This document shows, piece by piece, positions 30,559 to 38,194 of a DNA stretch of 64,000 bases. Under the pieces are notes generated by a model. The model saw only the letters and a list, made by a program, of their open reading frames with translations. It did not search any database and was not told the DNA's origin. Numbering within the stretch: the first letter of the stretch is position 1; every line of letters begins with the position of its first letter. This stretch comes from a virus (lineage: Duplodnaviria; Caudoviricetes), in the IMG/VR virus record IMGVR_UViG_3300028591_000128, positions 1 through 64,000 of that record; one strand, given 5' to 3'. The translations under genes were made by a program, and so were the position numbers.

Positions 30559-32031
30559 GTGAACTCTCCACCACCTATAGAGGCTGGTGGCTTCGTAAGA
30601 AGGTTGATATTTAAGTTTCCACCTAAAATTAGGCAATCCTTATTCTTACAGGCGTGTCCACTTCGCCGCTACCGTATAGGACTGTTAAATCCACAACGCT
30701 ACTTTTTCTTAAAATATTCAACGCACCATTGACATCTGCGTTAAGTAATATTCCGTCAGCAGTTTTGTACAACCCCCTGCGTACACGTGTTCCGCTGAAT
30801 TCATATGACTGCGGATTATCTGCATTGTATACGGGGATGTTATCATGATCCCAGAATGATGCTTGTGAAGTATAGCTTTCTTCTTGCTTGACAAAAATAA
30901 TGCTGTTCAGTTCACAAAGATATTCCAGTTTGGAACGCAGTTTACCATATGGAATATTGACAAAGTTCTGATTGTTACGCTTGTCCATACTAGAATTACG
31001 TTGAAATGTTTCATTATATCCGATTACAAGCGTTCCAATATCATGAGCAATACAATAATTAGTAATTTTTCTTGCAGTTTTGCTCATATAATCGTTGACT
31101 GTTCTGTTTCTTTTATCAGCTAAGATTTTCTGACGATTTGTTGTTCTTCTTTTATCACCCTGTCTGTATTTGATACATTGCAGCCGTGCATTTTCTTTGT
31201 TGAACCATTGATTGATAGATTTAAGTCTTCTCCCATCAATAATGAATGATCTGCCAGTGCTTGATACTGCGGTTACAAGATTATTCACACCTAAATCCAA
31301 AGCAAGTGCATTGTTTTTATTAAGATTTCTTTGAGTACATTCAGTTTCGTAAGTATACTGAATTTCAAAGAACCTTGCTTCCGATTTTGGAATGATTCTG
31401 ATTTCCTTGATATGCTTGTCAGCAAGTATCGGCGGCATTTTGATTTCAACAGGCTTGTGTGTTTTCCTGAATGCATTGGAATATGGAAGAATCAGTTTGT
31501 TCCCATTCAATCGGACAAATCCTATCACGAGTGTTGTGAATCCGTCTTTAGGAAGATACTGTGGTAATTTACAGTCTCTAAAAGAATATTTTCCTTTTTT
31601 CGCAAGTTTCAGCAGTCCGAAAAAACTTTTGAACGATCCGTCTACTTCTTTCAAAATCTGCTGTGCCATATTAGAGTTGAGCATTTTGTAATTTGGACTG
31701 TCTTTCAGCAATGCATAATTCTTTTCGTATTTCAGATATTCTCCTTCTGTGAAGTAATACTGACGGACATTGTAAATTGCTTCATTAGCAAGGTTTTTTG
31801 CTGTGTGGCACAATTCTCTCAAAATGCCGTATTCTTCTTTTGACAGATGTTTCACTTTTTGCTTTACCGTTAGATACATAGTTTTCCTCCTTCCTTTTAG
31901 ATTTAGGACATTTTCCATGTATCTATTACAACATACATTTTACTGATTGTCAATAGTTTCAGTAAAAACAATCTGCATTCATCCACCACTTTTGCTTTGC
32001 TTAGAAGTGGTGGTATTCTGCCGAAAATTGG
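30559..32031 (-). mobile_element. IS200/IS605-family (IS1341-like, tnpB-only) insertion sequence
   Basis: Left-end hairpin CCACCACTT...AAGTGGTGG near TTTAT; right-end hairpin CCACCA..TGGTGG ending GTTCAC; removal restores ATCAGAAGAAT, also seen upstream of module B. Confidence 0.8.
30629..31879 (-). CDS. tnpB: RNA-guided endonuclease TnpB
   Basis: Start MYLTVKQ after AGGAGG; RuvC-I LALDLGVNN, QEESYTS (rearranged RuvC-II Glu), RuvC-III NADVNGALNI. Confidence 0.92.
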   Translation of the reverse strand: MYLTVKQKVKHLSKEEYGILRELCHTAKNLANEAIYNVRQYYFTEGEYLKYEKNYALLKDSPNYKMLNSNMAQQILKEVDGSFKSFFGLLKLAKKGKYSFRDCKLPQYLPKDGFTTLVIGFVRLNGNKLILPYSNAFRKTHKPVEIKMPPILADKHIKEIRIIPKSEARFFEIQYTYETECTQRNLNKNNALALDLGVNNLVTAVSSTGRSFIIDGRRLKSINQWFNKENARLQCIKYRQGDKRRTTNRQKILADKRNRTVNDYMSKTARKITNYCIAHDIGTLVIGYNETFQRNSSMDKRNNQNFVNIPYGKLRSKLEYLCELNSIIFVKQEESYTSQASFWDHDNIPVYNADNPQSYEFSGTRVRRGLYKTADGILLNADVNGALNILRKSSVVDLTVLYGSGEVDTPVRIRIA

Positions 32032-32057
32032 ATAAAGTGTAGCACACTCTGTTTTCT

Positions 32058-32799
32058 TTTTGATACCTATGTAATTCCATACCTAAACAAAACATTATTC
32101 CAAGCCAATTAAATCATCCTCTCATTTGACACCTATGTAATTTAATCATCAATCAAAACTTCTGATAAATATGCAGTTGGTGGTCATGATTTGATACCTG
32201 TGTAATTTCATAGTTTATCAAAACTATAACGTATTACCATTGAGTTTGACTATGTTTGATACCTATATAACTTTGCAGTCTGTCAAAACCGGTATCTTAC
32301 CTAAGCCGTTTTCCACAGGTTTGATGCCTATGTAAACTCACAGTCTAACAAAACCAAGATGTTCCTGTCGATGCCATCAAGGAAGTTTGACATCAGTGTA
32401 ATTTCATAGCCCAACAAAACTGATAAGCAAATAAGACGAAAATGCCGCTCAGAGTTTGACACCTATGTAATTTCACAGTCCAACAAAATCCTCAGACAAA
32501 TACCTGTTCGACACCTGTGTAATTTCATCGTCTACCAAAACTCCACAATGATTGACTTGAAATACCCCTTCGTTTGACACCTGTGTAACTTCATGGTTCA
32601 ACAAACCGAACCGCTATCCAAATTACGCTTAGTTTGACACCCGTGTAATTTCACAGTTCATCAAAACAACATATGCATGGGAAATGGAGCCGCCAACGTT
32701 TGACACCTGTGTAATTTCACAGTTCAACAAAACGAATATGCGCTGGAACAGTTCTATCAGAAAGTTTGACACCCGTGTAATTTCACAGTCCAACAAAAC
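32058..32799 (-). CRISPR. CRISPR array B: 12 repeats, 11 spacers
   Basis: Repeats (plus strand consensus GTTTGACACCTGTGTAATTTCACAGTYCAACAAAAC) at 32058, 32124, 32189, 32254, 32319, 32385, 32454, 32506, 32572, 32632, 32698, 32764; spacers 30, 29, 29, 29, 30, 33, 16, 30, 25, 30, 30 nt. Confidence 0.95.
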
Positions 32800-32910
32800 C
32801 TCAAATCACACGTATTCAGTTTTGACAGAGCATATTTACAAAGGCTTGGTGAGTGTGTTATAGATTGGATGTTCAATCATACCTCACCTTAAGGCCGTCA
32901 AATCGGCCCT
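32800..32910 (-). ncRNA. tracrRNA-like module B plus leader ending ATTTGAG
   Basis: 5' hairpin GGCCG-ATTTGA-CGGCC, GGTGAG/CTCACC stem, anti-repeat GCCTTTGTAAAT..CTGTCAAAAC. Confidence 0.8.
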
Positions 32911-32976
32911 GTATATTAAATTTTATATTTGAATTTAACAGATTCTTCTGATTTTCATACACCTCCAGGGCCAGTG

Positions 32977-33125
32977 GTTTGATGCTTATGCTATCCATAG
33001 TTTCAACATTTGACACCTATGCAATCATGATAGTTGAATCATGTAGGATTGCAAGAGCTTAGTGAGTGTGTTACAGACAATGCTGAGACCATCCTGCCTC
33101 ACTTTACGGCTGTCAAATCAGCCGG
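32977..33125 (-). ncRNA. tracrRNA-like module C with fused repeat end and one degenerate repeat
   Basis: GGCTG-ATTTGA-CAGCC hairpin; followed by ATTGCATAGGTGTCAAAT (ends 33008) and a degenerate repeat at 32977-33007. Confidence 0.7.
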
Positions 33126-33147
33126 TTAGTATAATAACAATTCTGCC

Positions 33148-33274
33148 GCTTGATATCTATGTAATTATCTGTATTCCATCAATAACTTTGATATCTACTT
33201 AGACATAGACTCGGTGAGTGCGTTATAAGCAAGAAAAATCTGCTATGCAACACCATAAGGCTGTCAAATCAACC
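33148..33274 (-). ncRNA. tracrRNA-like module D (overlaps the cas12f stop codon) with one degenerate repeat
   Basis: GGTTG-ATTTGA-CAGCC hairpin; anti-repeat TCTATGT complementary to ACATAGA in the repeat at 33148-33186. Confidence 0.65.
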
Positions 33275-34603
33275 AATTACCGTCATATTTTTAGCCTTAT
33301 TATAGGCATGACTTATCGTTTTACCGCAATGAGGACAAGTGAATGATACTTCCTGTGTCCACTCGAATACCTTCGGAATGACTTCTTCTGTACAGAATAC
33401 TTCTCCACATGAACTACATACATTCCGGACTGTCCGAAGAACATCAGTCTTTTTATCTGTCTTATCAGCCATCTTACTTGTGGTTACAACAATACCCTCA
33501 CGTTCTGCCTTATAGGTAATGAACTGCACCAACTGATAATAAGACCAATTCCGGAGCAATACCGGGTAATCATCAAGATCAGACTTCGTTACGTCTTCTA
33601 CAACGATAGCTGATACTTTATTCTCCTTTGCAAACTCTACAACCATTTTACTAAGATTATGGTTATATGTCTGCACATAATTCTTCTCGTAAGATTTATG
33701 TGTTTCAAGTTTTGCCAACTTCTTTCCACGACCATGCCCACCATTGGAATACTTTAAAGCTCTCTGAAGATTCTCAAAGTGGATCTGAATGTCCTTGCGT
33801 TTTGCTACAAGATCATTCTTTATTGATCCACCAATCTCATGTTCATCATCATCTGTAGAAAGTGCGGCAACAAGACATTTATCATATCCAAGAGCAAGTC
33901 CCATGATCTTACCATGTTCAGGTATATATTCTTCTGCATCCTTCTCAATCTTAACGGAAAGATTTAAAATTATCTTACCTTTGTTCGTGATTTGAATCGT
34001 GCTACCACAAACCTTATAATGTTCTGGATCGGTTACAATAGATTCCAAAAGTGATGGAAGGAACTTATCCGGACTCTTATTCTTACCTGCACCAAGATAC
34101 AGCTTGAAATGGATTCCGTTTACAAACTTAAAGAAATAGGCATTTACTGTCTTTTCCGTTCCATCATCTGTAGTGTATGTATCATCACCAGTATAAATAG
34201 TAATGAATCTGCTTGGAACCATAAGTGGGAAATCTCTTTTGTAAAATGGTAGATTCCGCTCACCCTTTGCAAGTCCATTCCTCAATGCTATGGAGAAATC
34301 CTGCTTTACTTTCATACCACAGTTACCAGCCATACCCAAACCCTTTGCCTGTTTCATATCATATATGGCGGTATTTGTGTTCCGGAAGATCATCTTCATC
34401 TCTTCCTTGAAGTTCGGATCGTTGAAATTCTTATCATACTTATAATACAGGCATCCAACCTGTGACATATAAGTATTCAAGATACAATACTGATTGTAGA
34501 TCCCATCACGAAGGTACTGATATACCCTATCCCGTTCTTCTTTATCACCTACCGGGAATAACTGAATCTTCTTCGTTGTGATTGTAGTTGTTTTCTTCTG
34601 CAT
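33269..34603 (-). CDS. cas12f: Cas12f1-like (type V-F) effector, predicted nuclease-dead
   Basis: Family motifs YLRD..YNQY, NGL.KGER....YKRDFPL, GGHGRGKKL, TYNH.LS..VV.FA, LRNWSYYQL...I.YKA.REGI and CxxC/CxxC; RuvC-I reads GLALG (normally GVDLG) and RuvC-III reads SHAYNKAKN (normally NADYNAARN). Confidence 0.88.
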   Translation of the reverse strand: MQKKTTTITTKKIQLFPVGDKEERDRVYQYLRDGIYNQYCILNTYMSQVGCLYYKYDKNFNDPNFKEEMKMIFRNTNTAIYDMKQAKGLGMAGNCGMKVKQDFSIALRNGLAKGERNLPFYKRDFPLMVPSRFITIYTGDDTYTTDDGTEKTVNAYFFKFVNGIHFKLYLGAGKNKSPDKFLPSLLESIVTDPEHYKVCGSTIQITNKGKIILNLSVKIEKDAEEYIPEHGKIMGLALGYDKCLVAALSTDDDEHEIGGSIKNDLVAKRKDIQIHFENLQRALKYSNGGHGRGKKLAKLETHKSYEKNYVQTYNHNLSKMVVEFAKENKVSAIVVEDVTKSDLDDYPVLLRNWSYYQLVQFITYKAEREGIVVTTSKMADKTDKKTDVLRTVRNVCSSCGEVFCTEEVIPKVFEWTQEVSFTCPHCGKTISHAYNKAKNMTVIG

Positions 34604-34673
34604 ACTCGTGTACTCCTTGTACTATTGATATTTTGTATGTTTTTGGTATTCTACATCCTATAACGATTTCAAC

Positions 34674-34835
34674 TTAAAAATCTAACATACCGAATTTACG
34701 AAACCCCTTCTTCCAAGCAACACGTTCTTTCTTATGGTACATCATATCCCGTTTCATTCGAAATACTGGACCTTTCTCACCACCACAGTCAAGATATGTA
34801 CGCTTGCACTTATTCTTCTTATTCTGACTTGCCAT
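34674..34835 (-). CDS. Small basic 53-aa protein upstream of cas12f (not in ORF track)
   Basis: AAAAGGAGG RBS; MASQNKKNKCKR...GMLDF. Confidence 0.55.
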   Translation of the reverse strand: MASQNKKNKCKRTYLDCGGEKGPVFRMKRDMMYHKKERVAWKKGFRKFGMLDF

Positions 34836-34843
34836 GACAACAA

Positions 34844-34933
34844 CCTCCTTTTGGATACTTAATATTTGTTCATTACAAGTATAAGTATATACTAATATTT
34901 ATAGAAAGTCAATACCAAAAATGAAAATATTTT
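34844..34933 (-). promoter_or_regulatory. sigmaA-type early promoter/RBS cassette, duplicate of 42278..42368
   Basis: TTGACT-17-TATACT...AAGTATCCAAAAGGAGG. Confidence 0.7.
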
Positions 34934-34961
34934 CTACAAAAAATCTTTCACAGATGACATT

Positions 34962-35624
34962 CTAGTCAATTGAAATCTTAGCAAACTTATCTATATCCTT
35001 TTGTGTATCTATATCACAAGTATAGTCATTGATTACTGTATAGTTTGTGTAATCTATCTTGTTAATAGGTGTTCCCTTAACTACCTGCCAGAACTCCCAA
35101 GCTATTGGTGCTCTTCTGAATTTCTTTTGATCTGCAAGTTTCCTACATTCTTCTTGTACTTTTTTCAAATGATTTGTATTTACAACTTTGAAAGCAAATG
35201 GTTCTGCGTAAGGTTTGATATATTCTTTTGAGAATGGTGGAGCAGATGCGAAGAATTCGATATCATCTGTAGATGTGTTCACGATAATATTGATCGCGTT
35301 TTGCGAGAACACAACATCCCCCATAAGGTAGCAAGCAGGCTCACCGATTGGGTAAAAGGCATCGCACCAATACCCGGAAGAATGTCCTGGCCGGTGTACT
35401 ACCCAATTATTGTTATTCATCCATAGATAATTTACATCTATATCATGACAATGTACCTTTATAGATTCGACATTTGTTGATACATAAATATCCTCATGCG
35501 GAATACCGGATTTTTCTAATAATCTTGCGGTCCGCTGTATAAGGGTTTCACCATTGATCCTAACCAACTGCCTTGGCAATTCCCAATGTTCATACTTACC
35601 ACCTGCCATAATAATGTAAATCAT
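34962..35624 (-). CDS. Nucleotidyltransferase (NTP-transferase/LicC-like fold)
   Basis: IIMAGG....W..PRQLV.INGETLI.RT, LMGDV, DIDT..D. Confidence 0.75.
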   Translation of the reverse strand: MIYIIMAGGKYEHWELPRQLVRINGETLIQRTARLLEKSGIPHEDIYVSTNVESIKVHCHDIDVNYLWMNNNNWVVHRPGHSSGYWCDAFYPIGEPACYLMGDVVFSQNAINIIVNTSTDDIEFFASAPPFSKEYIKPYAEPFAFKVVNTNHLKKVQEECRKLADQKKFRRAPIAWEFWQVVKGTPINKIDYTNYTVINDYTCDIDTQKDIDKFAKISID

Positions 35625-35634
35625 AGTATCTCCA

Positions 35635-35751
35635 TTAAAATATTATATAACATAGTCCTGACATTATGATATACTCATCAAGATTCTTATAAGTCAGAAC
35701 AGTGTAATCAAACTTCCATGTTTTCATACAAAGTTTTAAGTAGTCAAGCAT
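35635..35751 (-). pseudogene. Possible truncated capsular-polysaccharide-synthesis (GT32-like) fragment
   Basis: 38-aa ORF with GGAGG RBS; YLKLCMKTWK..Y.VL.YKNLDEYI resembles the GT32 N-terminus. Confidence 0.4.
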
Positions 35752-35776
35752 CTGTCCTCCACAAAATATAAATATG

Positions 35777-36436
35777 CTATTCATATTTATCCCAATCTAT
35801 GTGTCCATATGCAACCTTTCTAATTATTTGACCACCTTTACGCAACGGTCTAAGATAATGGAATTCATCTGTATCAACTTCCATGTTAGGAAATACGTTG
35901 TGTTTTATAAGTTCTTCTGGAAGGATGATAGCATGATTTCCAAGTGCTTTATTAAAATAAGTTTCTAATTTACCACTAATTTCAGCCCATCCGATTCTAT
36001 TCATAAATTTTATGTGCTGAATCAATGCAGAATTAGCTTTTGTTCTAACGGTAATATTTTCTTCTCTAGAAGATGTATCAGATGCAACTTTTCGTCTAGC
36101 TATACCTACAAGTTTCATACCATGATTTTTACGATAAACTGATACAACATATACTCGATCTATGTCAAGATCGGAATCAGAACTAGGTTGTGGACCATCA
36201 TAAGTAATATACCATAGATAAGAATCATTGATAAATCTATCCATATCCTTAAATGATCTAAACCCACCAAGTTCATCATAGGCTTCATCAATAAATGCAA
36301 ATAACTCATCACTAAATTTGCGTTTACTCTCTACATCAGAAATAAATCGTTTAGACGCAAGAATAACATCTACATCATGTAATTCAAATGTTGTGAATCT
36401 GTCAGTTTCTATAGCACTATGTATGTATAATTTCAT
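35777..36436 (-). CDS. MKKYIK-leader-like protein
   Basis: MKLYIHSA from the second Met; directly downstream of the HTH gene. Confidence 0.65.
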   Translation of the reverse strand: MKLYIHSAIETDRFTTFELHDVDVILASKRFISDVESKRKFSDELFAFIDEAYDELGGFRSFKDMDRFINDSYLWYITYDGPQPSSDSDLDIDRVYVVSVYRKNHGMKLVGIARRKVASDTSSREENITVRTKANSALIQHIKFMNRIGWAEISGKLETYFNKALGNHAIILPEELIKHNVFPNMEVDTDEFHYLRPLRKGGQIIRKVAYGHIDWDKYE

Positions 36437-36438
36437 AA

Positions 36439-36627
36439 TCATATCTCCAAATCAAAATCTATCTTCACTAATCTATTCAGCAGATATAGATAACTATCCG
36501 GTGTTCTCTGTCTACCTTGTTCCCAATTCTGTAATTGTTGTACTCCAAGATAGTATTTTGCTGCGAACTTTGTCTGTGATAATCCAGTAAGTTTTCGTAG
36601 TTCCTTCACAGGAATAAGATTCTCCAT
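36439..36627 (-). CDS. XRE-family helix-turn-helix regulator
   Basis: KELRKLTGLSQTKFA....G...LQNWEQG...P. Confidence 0.8.
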   Translation of the reverse strand: MENLIPVKELRKLTGLSQTKFAAKYYLGVQQLQNWEQGRQRTPDSYLYLLNRLVKIDFDLEI

Positions 36628-36683
36628 TATCCCACCACCTTTCTAATTATATGTTATACTATAATTTCGTATTTGTCAAGCAT

Positions 36684-36718
36684 AAAAATAAGACCCTTAG
36701 AGTATTCCAAGGGTCTTA
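36684..36718 (-). terminator. Intrinsic terminator
   Basis: TAAGACCCTT...AAGGGTCTTA with T-tract on the minus strand. Confidence 0.65.
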
Positions 36719-36726
36719 CTGATATT

Positions 36727-38112
36727 TTATTCAAATCTTGCAAGTGTATATGCAAGTTCTGTTTCAAATGAATCCTTAGCTGCCAATAAGCATTGCTGAA
36801 TTGTGCCATCAAAGTTGCAATAATACAAATCAATAGTACATATGATGGTTGCAATATCTTCCCTAAGTACATCAAGTACAGATTCTACATTATCTCTATC
36901 AACAGCATCTGCAAGTTTCATTGGATGTGGTGCATATCCGAATAACTTATAATGTTCGACAGATAGTTGATCAATAAGACCATTAGACATCCACATATAA
37001 GAATCTGCAATCGTCTTTATACTTGTGTAATTAGGACCAGTTACATTCCAAGATGCCCACAGGCAATCTAATGACAAGTTGTATAATGTACGGAGAATGT
37101 CATCTATACATGTATCCATACTGACTTCAAAGTAATCACAGGGAACTATGTCATAGTTATCCCCATCCATTTCTACAGAATATGATGCAGGTTCATTCTC
37201 TGGAAGAGAATCTACAAAATCCGGATTTTCTACTATATTGGATACTAACTCAGTGGTATCTGTAACATTACAAGGTGAATCTATAGCAACCAACTGAATA
37301 TCCATCATATCATTTGCTACTACTTTTTGTAATGTAACTTTTATATTAGTAGACAACTGTATAGGTTGTGTATCTTCCACAGTTTCATCAACACCTAATT
37401 TCTCAAACAGCTTCACCATCTCATCATCTATGGTATCATTAACAGTTTTTTTAACTAACTTCGCAAACTCTTCATTTGTTAATTCAGAAACATCTATATC
37501 TTCACTCAAACTTAACTTTACAGCCTTATCAACAACTGCCTTTGAGTTATCATCTTCTTTTCTTCTCAATGCACAATCAATGATTGCGTAATCATCAGAA
37601 CATCCTACAAGTTTTATACCAAATATATATGGGTAGTTACCTTTTTTCTTTTGATCTTCAGTATAATCTCCGGCTGTTAATACTTCCATATAATCCCAAC
37701 CGCTATCAAACTTAACTTCTTTGCCATCTTTTCCATTAGTACGTATCTTCTCAACAGTATCCTCTGTAAGAACCTTGTCAAAAGTCTTATTGAGGGATTT
37801 AAGAAATGTATCAAACAACTTAGCACCTGTATTTAAAATAGTAGAAACTAATCCAGCTTCTACAGATTCTTTACCATCAGTAGATTCTGAATCATAAATA
37901 TAGTCTTCAGGATAATTCTCCCGCATGTAGTTGGATTCGTATTCATCATCCTGCCATGCAAAATTAATCCGTTCTTTCAAATTCTGATAAGTTTCATGAT
38001 CAAATTCATCCCAAGTGGATTCATCAGGATGTTGTTTCAACCAATCTTCTAATTCTTTTTCCAATTTATATGGATCTTCATACTGTCTATACATGGCAAA
38101 ATTTCCTTTCAA
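36727..38112 (-). CDS. Acidic head-region protein with C-terminal Dps/ferritin-like domain
   Basis: WNVTGPNY motif; located downstream of neck and head genes. Confidence 0.55.
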   Translation of the reverse strand: MKGNFAMYRQYEDPYKLEKELEDWLKQHPDESTWDEFDHETYQNLKERINFAWQDDEYESNYMRENYPEDYIYDSESTDGKESVEAGLVSTILNTGAKLFDTFLKSLNKTFDKVLTEDTVEKIRTNGKDGKEVKFDSGWDYMEVLTAGDYTEDQKKKGNYPYIFGIKLVGCSDDYAIIDCALRRKEDDNSKAVVDKAVKLSLSEDIDVSELTNEEFAKLVKKTVNDTIDDEMVKLFEKLGVDETVEDTQPIQLSTNIKVTLQKVVANDMMDIQLVAIDSPCNVTDTTELVSNIVENPDFVDSLPENEPASYSVEMDGDNYDIVPCDYFEVSMDTCIDDILRTLYNLSLDCLWASWNVTGPNYTSIKTIADSYMWMSNGLIDQLSVEHYKLFGYAPHPMKLADAVDRDNVESVLDVLREDIATIICTIDLYYCNFDGTIQQCLLAAKDSFETELAYTLARFE

Positions 38113-38194
38113 CTTACAATGGAAAAGACCTCCGGATGAAATCTATTCACCCAAAGGTCCCATCCTCTACCAATTATCCAATCTAAATGATTGA

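Noticed and set aside
30039-32799. Arrays as part of a complete type II (Cas9) system
   Set aside because: No cas9, cas1, cas2 or csn2 in the window, and the adjacent RNAs have Cas12f-type architecture. Use by a host Cas9 in trans is not excluded.
33126-33147. Module D 'guide' GGCAGAATTGTTATTATACT targeting the AATCGTTAT promoter motif
   Set aside because: More simply explained as the promoter of module C, with TATACT a few bases before the hairpin.
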